64,000 nt of DNA from a virus, in the IMG/VR virus record IMGVR_UViG_3300047469_000312, positions 96,001 to 160,000 of that record; one strand, written 5' to 3'. Shown piece after piece: positions 9,812-19,343 of the stretch (position 1 is the first letter of the stretch; every line of letters begins with the position of its first letter). A model generated the notes under the pieces. That model saw nothing but the letters and a program-made list of their open reading frames with translations, made no database searches and was not told the origin of the DNA. The position numbers were made by a program, and so were the translations under genes.

Positions 9812-9993
9812 TCTTTTTCCCTCTCTTTTCGATTTTCGTTCTCTCCCTCATTGTGTTCGCTGTGTGCGCAATGCGAGAAGAGAAGTCCCGGATAGTCTGT
9901 CGGGTAGAAACCAGTGCGCTCGTGACGACGCTGGTCAGCTTTGGCAGCATCCTGATCTGGGTGATGACAGAGTCAATGAACAAAATCGGATAA
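9808..9993 (+). CDS. small two-TM membrane protein
   Basis: ATGA overlap, two hydrophobic stretches. Confidence 0.55.
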   Translation: MIFFPLFSIFVLSLIVFAVCAMREEKSRIVCRVETSALVTTLVSFGSILIWVMTESMNKIG

Positions 9994-10006
9994 CCAAGGA
10001 TTAGTA

Positions 10007-11887
10007 ATGACTAAGCTTGTCATCATCGCTGCGCGCGACCGTAACAGTGTAATTGGTTTGAACAACCAACTTCCCTGGCACTTGCCGGAGGACCTGGCGT
10101 ACTTTAAGCGCATCACGACGGGCAAGCCCGTCATCATGGGGCGCAAGACGCACGAGTCCATCGGCTTCGCTTTGCCGGGTCGCGAGAACATTATCGTGAC
10201 CACCAAAGCGACCGCGCAGTTTAGAGGGTGCTTGACCGCAGGCTCACTGGAAGCCGCGATCGAGTATTGTAAGTATCGCGGTGAGGAAGAGATGTTTCTC
10301 ATCGGCGGAGCGACCCTCTACGAACAAGCCTTACCCAAGGCCGACAAACTCCTCATCACCGAGATTGATCGAGAATTTGAAGGCGATGCCTTCTTTCCGG
10401 CGATTCGTCCGACCCAGTGGACTGAGACTCGTCGCGAAGATCACGCCTCGGGCATCCACGGTATTAAGTACAGTTTCGTCACTTACGAGCCTGCCCATGT
10501 GGTGCAGGAGCGTCAGCAGGCGGAACAGGCTAAGCGTTTGCTTTCTCCGCAAGAGCGCTGGACGAGTGAGTTTCTCGCCCAGATGCTTTCCCATCGATCG
10601 ATTCACAAAAACAAAGGAACCACGATGAAGACATATAAACACCCCGGTCACATCCTTGCCATCGACAAGGACTTCACGGACAATCTGCCCGGCATGGGAC
10701 TCACGCACGGCCTCACGCGCTTGAGTGCGGAGGAGTACAAAACCTGGCTCTCGATCGTCGGTGCTGAGACGGTCATCCGTCAGCGTGATGGCCTCGAAGC
10801 CAATCCGTTCTACCGTCAGTTGCTGCCGTATTCGCCGGTCGTCTTCCAGGACGACGAAGCCTTCCGTCAAGGGCTGCCGATCAACTGGGACACGGACGAA
10901 ATCTCTTCGTATCAGCGCACCAAGAAAGTCGGCGAAGAGCGTCTCGGTGGCAAGTTCTCGGTGGGCTATGGCGGTCACGTCGATCACCTGGACGTCAAGG
11001 TCAACGACCAGTCGGTGCTCGACATCGAAACGACCATCAACACCAACTTGCAGCGCGAAGTGGCGAACGAAGAACTCATCTTCGTCGATGCCGATGGCCT
11101 CCAAGCAACCCCGCTCAAGACGCCATCGCTATTTCGCTTCGAACACCTGGGTTTCATCCGTGACGACAGCGATAACGTCGGCAAGGTGCATCTGGGTCTC
11201 GTGAACCTGATCGTCGTGCCCAAGTCGCTCAAGGCGCGCGTGGCCGAAGAAGAACTGATCGACGGACCGCGCGGCACAGTCAAGGAACTGCTCGCGGCTG
11301 ACCTGAAGTTCGAGAACTGGTCGCGTATCGTGCTCGAGGCACTGGCAGGTGTCGACTCGACGGTGGAGCCTTCGCAAGTGCGTCCGGCGATTTTCGATCC
11401 GGTCACGCACCAGTACTACATCGAAGCGAAGGAAGGCGACAAGATCACCGAACTGGCGATCGAGTTCCATACCACGGTTGCCCAATTGCGCCGCATGAAC
11501 TTGCATCTGCTCGGCAGTGGGTCGATTCCGGCAGGCTTGCGTGTGAATGTGCCGCAGCCGGACGATGAACTGCCGATGGTGTCGGCCCCGCATGTGACGC
11601 TCGAAGCGGTCAGCAACGTCACCAACATCGAAGACGCGCGAGCGCGCCTCACGGTCAAGGTGTTGCAGATGGTGCTGGCGCTCACGGGCGATGATCTGGC
11701 CGATCACTCGATGCGCTACTACGTGACCGAAGACATGGCGTCACGCTTGCTGAAGCTCGACGAGCGCGTCCAGGCGCTGATCGATGCGAAGGTGGTGATT
11801 GTCGTGGCGTCGGATACGCCGGTGGTGATCAATGGGAACCTGAATATCTCGGGTGGCCTTGTCGGTGCCGATGAGCCGACGCTGTAA
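10007..11887 (+). CDS. folA: dihydrofolate reductase fused in frame to a NUDIX-like phosphoesterase and a LysM domain
   Basis: IGLNNQLPWHLPEDLAYFK, IMGRKT, LPGRENI, IGGATLY, EGDAFFP (DHFR); YQR...GEERL.GK.SVGYGGHVD and GKVHLG (COG4112-like NUDIX); EGDKITELAIEFHTTVAQLRRMN..I.AG..V.VP (LysM); internal SD AAGGA + ATG 10625. Confidence 0.85.
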   Translation: MTKLVIIAARDRNSVIGLNNQLPWHLPEDLAYFKRITTGKPVIMGRKTHESIGFALPGRENIIVTTKATAQFRGCLTAGSLEAAIEYCKYRGEEEMFLIGGATLYEQALPKADKLLITEIDREFEGDAFFPAIRPTQWTETRREDHASGIHGIKYSFVTYEPAHVVQERQQAEQAKRLLSPQERWTSEFLAQMLSHRSIHKNKGTTMKTYKHPGHILAIDKDFTDNLPGMGLTHGLTRLSAEEYKTWLSIVGAETVIRQRDGLEANPFYRQLLPYSPVVFQDDEAFRQGLPINWDTDEISSYQRTKKVGEERLGGKFSVGYGGHVDHLDVKVNDQSVLDIETTINTNLQREVANEELIFVDADGLQATPLKTPSLFRFEHLGFIRDDSDNVGKVHLGLVNLIVVPKSLKARVAEEELIDGPRGTVKELLAADLKFENWSRIVLEALAGVDSTVEPSQVRPAIFDPVTHQYYIEAKEGDKITELAIEFHTTVAQLRRMNLHLLGSGSIPAGLRVNVPQPDDELPMVSAPHVTLEAVSNVTNIEDARARLTVKVLQMVLALTGDDLADHSMRYYVTEDMASRLLKLDERVQALIDAKVVIVVASDTPVVINGNLNISGGLVGADEPTL

Positions 11888-11955
11888 CATGCCGGGACAC
11901 TGTTGTATGTCTATGCAGTGTCCCATCTCCCTTAACAGCAAGGATTGTAGTAGCA

Positions 11956-12282
11956 ATGAGCGAAATCATCAAAAACGCTTCTGACGCGACGTTCGAAGCA
12001 GACGTAGTGCAGTCGTCCAAGCCGGTTCTCGTCGACTTCTGGGCCCCCTGGTGCGGTCCGTGCAAGACGCTCGTCCCGACGCTGGCGGACATCGCGCCCG
12101 AGTACGCCGACAAGCTGCAGATCGTGAAAGTGAACGTCGACGAAAACGACGTAACACCGACTAAGCTCGGTGTGCGTGGTATTCCGGCACTCTTCATCTA
12201 CAAGGGCGGCGCCATCGTCGCGCAGAAAGCCGGTGCGCTTTCGAAGCAGGCCTTGAAGGCCTGGCTCGATCAGCACATCTAA
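11956..12282 (+). CDS. trxA: thioredoxin
   Basis: VDFWAPWCGPCK, KVNVDEN, GVRGIP. Confidence 0.97.
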   Translation: MSEIIKNASDATFEADVVQSSKPVLVDFWAPWCGPCKTLVPTLADIAPEYADKLQIVKVNVDENDVTPTKLGVRGIPALFIYKGGAIVAQKAGALSKQALKAWLDQHI

Positions 12283-12324
12283 CCCGACATCGTGGGGACC
12301 TCGCTTTGACGGGCGAGGCATTTC

Positions 12325-12358
12325 GAGACCAGCTTCGGCTGGTCTCTTTTTTATGCCG
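12325..12358 (+). terminator. terminator hairpin + T run + TATGCCG
   Basis: GAGACCAGC-ttcg-GCTGGTCTC TTTTT TATGCCG. Confidence 0.85.
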
Positions 12359-12393
12359 TTGACCCATTGATTGGACTATTACAGGAGTGTGCC

Positions 12394-12840
12394 ATGACGG
12401 AATTTGTGCGTAAGGAAGATGGTTCGGTTGAAGTGGTCGTGAAGGTGTTGGGAGAGCCGGACCAGCTGGGCCGAGTCTGGAACCCCCAAGCCATGGCTAA
12501 AGCTGTGGAGAAGTTTAATGCGCGTGTGGAGCAGGGCCGCGCGCACGGTGAACTGGGCCAACCTGCTCGCTACGCAGGTCAGTCCCACGAACAGTACAAA
12601 GAGCGCTGCCAGACGGTGGAGATGGGGAATACCTGCTGTCAGATCACTGACGTGAAGATCGAAGAGAACAAGTTGGTCGCCTGCATGAAGCCCTCGGGGC
12701 GCTGGAAGGGCTCGCTTGAACAACTGTTGGAAGACGACGTACCCGTCACGCTGGGGATTCGTGCGCTGTGCGACATTAAAGCAGACGGTGAAGTCAAGGT
12801 AAAGGACATCGTCACGTTTGATGTGATCTCGCCGACCTGA
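12394..12840 (+). CDS. T4 gp21-like prohead protease fold protein, probably non-catalytic
   Basis: GRVW..AM.KAV..F...GRAHGELGQP, LGIRA, IVTFDVI pattern of Peptidase_S77; GELxHP His appears replaced by Q. Confidence 0.55.
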   Translation: MTEFVRKEDGSVEVVVKVLGEPDQLGRVWNPQAMAKAVEKFNARVEQGRAHGELGQPARYAGQSHEQYKERCQTVEMGNTCCQITDVKIEENKLVACMKPSGRWKGSLEQLLEDDVPVTLGIRALCDIKADGEVKVKDIVTFDVISPT

Positions 12841-12869
12841 ATTAACATAAACTAAAACGAGGAATCACC

Positions 12870-13691
12870 ATGTTTATCAGCCAGTACGAAATCGATTACC
12901 GCAAGGCGACGACCACACACATCGGCAAAGAGCTGTTCGGGCGGCAGGCCATGTACTACCATCTGGTCGACGATCACTCGGAGAACCCCGAGAAGCCGCC
13001 GCTGCAAGTGTGTCAGAGCGCTGGGGTCGTAGCTGGTATCCAGGGTGAGCCGGGTCAGGTGCCGTTCTTGGTCGACCTGGCCGTTCCGACGACGGTGGAT
13101 GGTATTTTCGTATTGCTCGAGAAGCTCGAAGTCAGTGCGATCGCCACCGAAGGTCCGGATGAGGTAGCGGACGAGATTGGCTTGGTGGAATTTCACAACG
13201 CAGAACGCATCATCAACGCGGTGAACCACATGCAAGATCAGCGCCAGAAGCCCAAACGCAATCACCTCTCGCTAGTGGTCGATAACGTCAATACCGTCGA
13301 GGCGCTTGTCGAGTCCCTGCATCCGAAGATGGAGCTCAACTACGCGGTGCTCATCGAAGCCCTGGAGCAGCATGTCTCGATCTCGCTGATGCCCTCGGCA
13401 AAAACGACGCACTTTCGTCACCATGTGCCCGTTGCCATCAAAGCCGAAGACGACGGTCACTTCCTCCGGATTTTGCGAGATCAGGGGCGCAGTGGCTTCT
13501 TCTATCGAGACGCTCTGCGTAAAGGTGAAGTCTACGCGGTGATTGCGATCGACGAGCTGGTGTTTATGGTGGGTCTGCGCTCGCACTTTACGGTGTGGGT
13601 CAAGAAGGACACCGAACGCTTTTACGACATGCATGAACAGACCTTCACGGTCGATCGTGAAGCCTTTATGCAGATTGTACGGTCGCTTTAA
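12870..13691 (+). CDS. hypothetical protein
   Basis: SD GAGGA; 273 aa. Confidence 0.8.
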   Translation: MFISQYEIDYRKATTTHIGKELFGRQAMYYHLVDDHSENPEKPPLQVCQSAGVVAGIQGEPGQVPFLVDLAVPTTVDGIFVLLEKLEVSAIATEGPDEVADEIGLVEFHNAERIINAVNHMQDQRQKPKRNHLSLVVDNVNTVEALVESLHPKMELNYAVLIEALEQHVSISLMPSAKTTHFRHHVPVAIKAEDDGHFLRILRDQGRSGFFYRDALRKGEVYAVIAIDELVFMVGLRSHFTVWVKKDTERFYDMHEQTFTVDREAFMQIVRSL

Positions 13692-13706
13692 ACAAGGAAA
13701 CCCGGA

Positions 13707-14306
13707 ATGAAAACCCAAGAAGAGTTGCAAGCCATCGTGAACGAAATTCGCGAAGTCTGCAATTTGCACGGCGTGGTGCTGTTGCCTGCGCCAGATCAGG
13801 AAGCAGGTGGTTTTGAAATCCTGCTGGTGGAGTCGAAAGACATCGCCAACGTCGATCCGCACTGCATCTACTTCGGCGGCGAAGTGTCGCCCGAGAAGCT
13901 CAGCCTCACCAACAAGGTGATTGACCATTCGCATCGACTGGACGGGAGTGATAAGGTCCTGGATCGGTTTGCCATCAAGGGCATCGGTGATGTGGTGGGC
14001 CACACCCAACCACGCATTGTGGTGTCGGAGTATCACGAGGGCGATACCGATCTCTTTAAGGGCGCGGTGAATGCAGTCGACGTGGATTCGCTCAGTGAAG
14101 TCGAGGACATCCTGTTTGTGAAGAACGCCCGTTTCGGGCTGGGGTTCACGCATTTCAGTATCGAGCTCTCGCACGGGCCGTTCGGGGTCCTGGTGGCGCA
14201 TTACCAGGACAGCAAACCGCTCACCATCGGCTTCATTGAAGGTGCGCCCGAAGCTGATTTGCTCAAGCAATGGCCGCCCCAGGAGACGACTCATGGCGGT
14301 GTCTGA
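13707..14306 (+). CDS. hypothetical protein
   Basis: SD AAGGA; 199 aa. Confidence 0.8.
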   Translation: MKTQEELQAIVNEIREVCNLHGVVLLPAPDQEAGGFEILLVESKDIANVDPHCIYFGGEVSPEKLSLTNKVIDHSHRLDGSDKVLDRFAIKGIGDVVGHTQPRIVVSEYHEGDTDLFKGAVNAVDVDSLSEVEDILFVKNARFGLGFTHFSIELSHGPFGVLVAHYQDSKPLTIGFIEGAPEADLLKQWPPQETTHGGV

Positions 14307-14628
14307 ACTGCATGTCCCGATGCGCGAGATTGTGGCACGCGAAGTGGACAACAAGGGCTCCGAGCTGGCGCGTGAACAAGCCATCATCATGGGCACGCAC
14401 CAGCACTACAAGGGCGGCATTTATCAGGTGCTCTTCGAATGTCCGCATTCCGAGACCGGCGAAACGATGGTGATTCGTAAGCATCTGTGGCCGCACCCGT
14501 TCTCCATCAAGGCGGTCCCCAAGGCTGTGTTCATGCAGGACATTGCCGAGGGCATGCCGCGGCACCGCCCGCTCACTGCGACTGAGAAGGACCACGCCGA
14601 AGCGCAACTGAAGAAGAAGTACGCTTAA
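14293..14628 (+). CDS. DUF1653 domain protein
   Basis: HQHYKGGIYQV...HSETGE.MV motif; SD AGGAG. Confidence 0.75.
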   Translation: MAVSELHVPMREIVAREVDNKGSELAREQAIIMGTHQHYKGGIYQVLFECPHSETGETMVIRKHLWPHPFSIKAVPKAVFMQDIAEGMPRHRPLTATEKDHAEAQLKKKYA

Positions 14629-14634
14629 GGCGGA

Positions 14635-14663
14635 AGCGGGGCCTAGACCACCCCGCTTTTTTA
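14635..14663 (+). terminator. intrinsic terminator
   Basis: AAGCGGGG...CCCCGCTT + T run. Confidence 0.75.
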
Positions 14664-14683
14664 TTTAATTTAGAGGAAGAAAA

Positions 14684-16108
14684 ATGAATTACCTCACGAA
14701 TCTCTGGTTGGCGTTTAACGCTTACTCACATTCGAATCCCATGATTGCGGGGGCAGTCTCTCTGTGGGGTTTAGGCCTAGTCACCTGGGTCTTTCGCAAG
14801 ATCCCGATGAAGCTCATCAGCAAGATTCACGGCCAGCTCACCACCACGCTCACCTTCGACAATACGGAGCTGGGCTGGGCACGGGAGAATTATGCAAGCT
14901 TCATGGAGTGGTTCATGCAGAACAAGTGGGCGAAGTATTCGCGCCAGCTGGCTTTGCAGACCTACGGTGCGCAGTTCTTTGATCGACACAATGGTCACGG
15001 CAGTCGCAATGCGGCTGACGTGGCTATCGGTGACGGTAACCACTTTTTTTTCTTCAAGCGACGCCTGTTTCTGATGCACCGCCGGACGATGGAAAAGCAA
15101 GGCCGCGATAATATCGTCTACGTGGTGACGCTCACCATGTTTGGTCGCAACAAAGCGATCATGCAAGACCTGGTGGATGTGTTTTGCCACAAGTTCCCGG
15201 AGAACAAGCTGAAGCTGATGCGCTTTAAGAGCAATTACTGGGCCGATTACGCGATGCTCGATCGCCGTGAGTTGAAAACCGTGATTGTCGAGAAGGCACT
15301 CAAGCAGTCGCTCGTCAAAGCCATTGAAGACTTCCAGATGAGCGAGGCCTGGTACACTGCGCGGGGCTTGCCCTGGAAGAAGACCTTTGTGCTGCATGGC
15401 GTGCCTGGCACCGGTAAGACCAGTCTCATCAAGGCACTCGCCAGCCACTTCAATCTGAACGTGTGTCGGTTGAACCTGAATGCGCTCAATGACGAGATGC
15501 TGGAAGAGGCACTCGCGAATATTCCGAGCCGCTCCATTCTGGCGATCGAGGACTTTGACTCGGCAAAAGCTACGCGGCGGCGTTCAGCTATGAAGAGTGA
15601 CGACAGCACGAAGTACACGGTCGCAGTGAAATACGACAGCAGCGGTAAGCCGAACCTGGAAAGCGCGATCAATTCGATCAAGGGTCTAGGGGTGGATGAC
15701 GCGCCGGTTAATCCGATGGCGAAGCTCCTCGAAGACATGGATGGCCTCACGCTCTCCGGTATTCTGAACGCGCTGGACGGCATTGCCTCGCTGCATGGCA
15801 CGCTGATCTTCCTCACGACCAATACGCTGGATGACATTGATCCGGCGGTGATTCGTAAGGGTCGCGTGGACCACGTCTTCGAGATCAAGCCGCTCACGCA
15901 CAGCGAAGTGCTGGACTACATCGAGCTGATGTTCCCTGGCCGGAGCTCGGAACCCGCTGCGTGCTTTAGCAGTATCCTGGGGTGTGACCTGCAGGCGCTG
16001 TACTTCGAGCATCACGATAACTTCGATCAATTCATCGATGCCATCCCGAAAGTCAACGATCTGGAAGACACGATTCGCCAGATCGACACTCTCATTAAAG
16101 CTGCTTAA
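14684..16108 (+). CDS. BCS1-like membrane-anchored AAA+ ATPase
   Basis: N-terminal TM; WY..RG.PW..; Walker A GVPGTGKT; Walker B LAIEDFD; LTLSGILNALDG; TTN...DPA.IRKGRVD. Confidence 0.85.
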   Translation: MNYLTNLWLAFNAYSHSNPMIAGAVSLWGLGLVTWVFRKIPMKLISKIHGQLTTTLTFDNTELGWARENYASFMEWFMQNKWAKYSRQLALQTYGAQFFDRHNGHGSRNAADVAIGDGNHFFFFKRRLFLMHRRTMEKQGRDNIVYVVTLTMFGRNKAIMQDLVDVFCHKFPENKLKLMRFKSNYWADYAMLDRRELKTVIVEKALKQSLVKAIEDFQMSEAWYTARGLPWKKTFVLHGVPGTGKTSLIKALASHFNLNVCRLNLNALNDEMLEEALANIPSRSILAIEDFDSAKATRRRSAMKSDDSTKYTVAVKYDSSGKPNLESAINSIKGLGVDDAPVNPMAKLLEDMDGLTLSGILNALDGIASLHGTLIFLTTNTLDDIDPAVIRKGRVDHVFEIKPLTHSEVLDYIELMFPGRSSEPAACFSSILGCDLQALYFEHHDNFDQFIDAIPKVNDLEDTIRQIDTLIKAA

Positions 16109-16131
16109 GAACAACAGGAACAAAAAAGAAA

Positions 16132-16896
16132 ATGGATAGTCGTCCGCGCGTTATCTGTGGTTTCCCTGGCGTGGGTAAAACCACCCTGTTTAACAAACTG
16201 CGTCACTCCGGGATTTTGATCCATGACTCCGACAGCAGTCAGTTCAACAAGGACCAGTTCCCCGAGAACTACATCGCTCATATCCAAGCCTGCCTCGCAG
16301 CGGGTGCGTGGGTGCTTTGTTCGACGCACACGGTTGTGCGTGACGCGCTGGTGAAAGCCGGGATCAGTTACGCCATTGCGGCACCCGCGCACAAGTACTT
16401 GAAGGACGAGTACATGGCGCGTTATCGGGAACGTGGCTCCCCGGAAGGCTTTCTTAAGCTGATGGATGCGAAGTGGGACGAGTTCATGGATGACGTGTGG
16501 GTCAATGACAAGCGCGGTATCCATATCGGCCTGGGTGAAGGCGAATATCTCGAGCGCATTGCCAAGGACATCCTCAAAAGCGATGAAGGCATGCGCTTTA
16601 AGGTATTCCACAACCCGCTGAATTCGAAAGAAGCCTTGCGCGTGGGGCAGCCGTACTTCACTACCGAAATGCTGAATGGCTTTCAAGCTGGGCTCATCTG
16701 GGCCGAGATGCTCGAAGCCAAAGCTCAAGGTTGGATCAATCCAGCCGAGAGCGCTCAGTACTCCGTGCGGGCGGACGCGCATCGGATTTATACCGACATG
16801 GCGGCTGCGCTGTCATTGGACCTGGATGTCAAGGTCTCGATGAACCCGCAGGTGATTGATCTCACGTTCCGTCCGCGTCTGAAGGTGCCAGCATGA
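16132..16896 (+). CDS. P-loop kinase-like protein with C-terminal extension
   Basis: VICGFPGVGKTT; DSDSS.F; F..NYI. Confidence 0.7.
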   Translation: MDSRPRVICGFPGVGKTTLFNKLRHSGILIHDSDSSQFNKDQFPENYIAHIQACLAAGAWVLCSTHTVVRDALVKAGISYAIAAPAHKYLKDEYMARYRERGSPEGFLKLMDAKWDEFMDDVWVNDKRGIHIGLGEGEYLERIAKDILKSDEGMRFKVFHNPLNSKEALRVGQPYFTTEMLNGFQAGLIWAEMLEAKAQGWINPAESAQYSVRADAHRIYTDMAAALSLDLDVKVSMNPQVIDLTFRPRLKVPA

Positions 16897-17276
16897 GGGC
16901 CGCGTTCTTTGCTCGCGTCCTGAACCGCAGTTTCGATCCAGTGCGTGACTGCGGTGTGTACCGGAATAAAACCGAAGGCAGTTGCGTGCACGTGGATGGC
17001 ATGCTCTGCGAAGAATCTTGCTCGATGCGTCAAGCGTACGCAGAAGTACGAGCCAAAGTGCCGGTACTGGAAGCATCCGGGGATGACCCGATCGTGTACC
17101 AGTACCGGCATTATGAAGCAAGTCCATACGTTGCCGAAGCTAGTCGGGGTTGGCAAGCGTGGAAGACTTGCGATGAACAAGAATTAGTCGACATTCGCAC
17201 GTACATCTCCCGTGGTCTCAAATACCAGATCCGGATTCTGCGTGAAAGTCGCGTGGAGGGCTTCAGCCCCTCCTGA
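16893..17276 (+). CDS. hypothetical protein
   Basis: ATGA overlap. Confidence 0.6.
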   Translation: MRAAFFARVLNRSFDPVRDCGVYRNKTEGSCVHVDGMLCEESCSMRQAYAEVRAKVPVLEASGDDPIVYQYRHYEASPYVAEASRGWQAWKTCDEQELVDIRTYISRGLKYQIRILRESRVEGFSPS

Positions 17277-17291
17277 GCATTAGGATTTAAC

Positions 17292-17630
17292 ATGAGTGAG
17301 CATAACGCAGTAGTGTATCTGGGCCGTGGCAACATGAACATCCTCCAGCAGACCAATGATGCCGGGACCGATTACGCGGACCCGATCGCCAAGCTGGAAG
17401 TCATCGCGGTGAGCGGCGGACATCAACCGATCACCACGGAGCGCATGACTGCCATGCATTCCACCACGATCATGTTTCGTACCGGCCATCGTCATCGGGG
17501 TACAGTGACGATTCAGCACCAGATCGGGGATGTCCTGGTGCAAGGCGACGACTTGAACGGACTGGACGACGTGTGTCTGCATTTGCGTGTCGTGCGTCAG
17601 AATCTGGCCAAGCGTCGTAAAGCCGCATGA
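17292..17630 (+). CDS. hypothetical protein
   Basis: SD AGGA. Confidence 0.65.
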   Translation: MSEHNAVVYLGRGNMNILQQTNDAGTDYADPIAKLEVIAVSGGHQPITTERMTAMHSTTIMFRTGHRHRGTVTIQHQIGDVLVQGDDLNGLDDVCLHLRVVRQNLAKRRKAA

Positions 17631-17793
17631 AGACCTGCTTCTCGGTTAACATGCGCGTCAAGCGGTTGCAGCAGGCAGGATCGCGTCGGATTAAGATTGC
17701 GATCCGCAAGCTCGGCCAAGAGGCGCTCACCGAGGACGAAATTGTCCGCGCTGTGAAGCGTCTTCAACAACAGATCAAGAACAGGAAATAGCG

Positions 17794-18597
17794 ATGGCAG
17801 TAGATGAAAACGTGCTGGCCCATTTGGAATCCATCCGACTGACGTATAACGTCACCATCCTGCACGCAGTCGAAGTAGGGAGTCGGGCGTGGGGACTGGC
17901 CAACCCACAGAGTGACCATGACATCGGTTTCATCTACGTGCGTCCTAAACACACGTACTTCCAGATCAACCAAGGGCATCGCGACGCGGCCTTGCTGGAA
18001 AACCGTGACACGCTCGAAATCAAGGTCGACGGCTTTGGCGACTTGAATGGTTTTGACATCGAGAAGGCCACTACCCTAGCGTACAACTCGAATCCGTCCA
18101 TCGTCGACTGGCTGCGACTGCCCGAGTATTATTCCACGGATCATGCGAATCGCTTGCGTGAACTGATGTGGAAAGGTTTCTCGACGTTAAAGCTGCGTCA
18201 GCAGAACGTCTCGATCTTGCGGCGCAATTACAAGACCTACGTCGAACCACGCCCCACTGTCTCAGTGAAGAAGTACCTGCACACCGTGCGGCCGCTATTG
18301 AATGCGATCTGGTTCGAACGTACCGCAACCTTCGACCTCGGCACGGAATGTCCGCCGGTGAATTACCTGGCATTGTGCAATGTGGCGGCGTACAACCACG
18401 ACCTGCTCGAAGGCTGCATGCAGCTGTTGCACCTGAAGCTTAAGGGCGAAGAGCGCGTGCAACGCATCGCTGGCATCGACCGTGTGATTGAGAAGATGCT
18501 AGAAAGCCGTGAGATCCCTCAAGGTCTCACCCGTATAGCTCCGGACATTGTCCAGTACGATCGTTTCTTTGCGGACGTTGTCCTTCAACAGAACTGA
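17794..18597 (+). CDS. Pol-beta-superfamily nucleotidyltransferase (YcgL/RlaP, Nuc-transf family)
   Basis: AVEVGSRAWGLANPQSDHDIGFIY, SNPSIVDWL, KKYLH.VRPLL. Confidence 0.88.
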   Translation: MAVDENVLAHLESIRLTYNVTILHAVEVGSRAWGLANPQSDHDIGFIYVRPKHTYFQINQGHRDAALLENRDTLEIKVDGFGDLNGFDIEKATTLAYNSNPSIVDWLRLPEYYSTDHANRLRELMWKGFSTLKLRQQNVSILRRNYKTYVEPRPTVSVKKYLHTVRPLLNAIWFERTATFDLGTECPPVNYLALCNVAAYNHDLLEGCMQLLHLKLKGEERVQRIAGIDRVIEKMLESREIPQGLTRIAPDIVQYDRFFADVVLQQN

Positions 18598-18599
18598 TC

Positions 18600-18833
18600 A
18601 TGAAACTGAGCGAAGCACTAAGCATCATTCGGCGGCATGGGCGCGGCATCGCCGTATGTCAGAACGGACGCGATGAGCATCATGTTCAGTACAGCTACGA
18701 CCGCCATTTGCGGCTCACGTGGCAAGCAGGTAGCACTGCGGGCGGAGTGGTGACTGGTAGCCTCATCCCGGATATGAATAGCGAGGGCTGGCAGGTGTTT
18801 GCCAGCCTGTACTCGCAGACCCAATTGTCGTAA
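18600..18833 (+). CDS. small protein, weakly DUF2829/Tad2-like
   Basis: MKLSEAL...G start and D..SEGWQV end resemble the DUF2829 frame. Confidence 0.35.
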   Translation: MKLSEALSIIRRHGRGIAVCQNGRDEHHVQYSYDRHLRLTWQAGSTAGGVVTGSLIPDMNSEGWQVFASLYSQTQLS

Positions 18834-18842
18834 GGATCAAGC

Positions 18843-19343
18843 ATGGCCAGTAACATGGAAGCAATTGCATCCGTTCAGGGGTTGCGCCCCTGGGTGATGG
18901 AGCTCGTGAAGAACGACGAATGGTTGGACCTGTTCGATGCGGATACGGCTCGCCTGAACAAGGTGGTGATTCTGACTGCGACCAAGCCGTTTAATGGTGA
19001 GAAGGTCGACGTGTTTGGGATCATCCCCAAGGAAGCACTCAAGCCCTTCGGGCTGCACGAAAGTTTCATTGGCCGCCCCGCCCCCACGCACCAACTGGGT
19101 GCCGATCAAGCGATGGTGTTGATGGTGCGCTCGGTCGTTATTCCGCACAAGCAAACTGCCTGGACACCGGGCCGAGACCCAAACAGTCGGGAAGTGGACT
19201 ACTGTGACTTCATCGCTGCTGAACACGGCGTGAAGGACTTCGTGCACCGCACCCTCGTGCATCAGCGTCATACGGCGAAGTTCGGCGAGCAGATCGCCAA
19301 CTTCCTCGCCAAGGGTGTGAAGCCGATCATCCTGCTCACATGA
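18843..19343 (+). CDS. hypothetical protein
   Basis: SD AAGGA. Confidence 0.75.
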   Translation: MASNMEAIASVQGLRPWVMELVKNDEWLDLFDADTARLNKVVILTATKPFNGEKVDVFGIIPKEALKPFGLHESFIGRPAPTHQLGADQAMVLMVRSVVIPHKQTAWTPGRDPNSREVDYCDFIAAEHGVKDFVHRTLVHQRHTAKFGEQIANFLAKGVKPIILLT

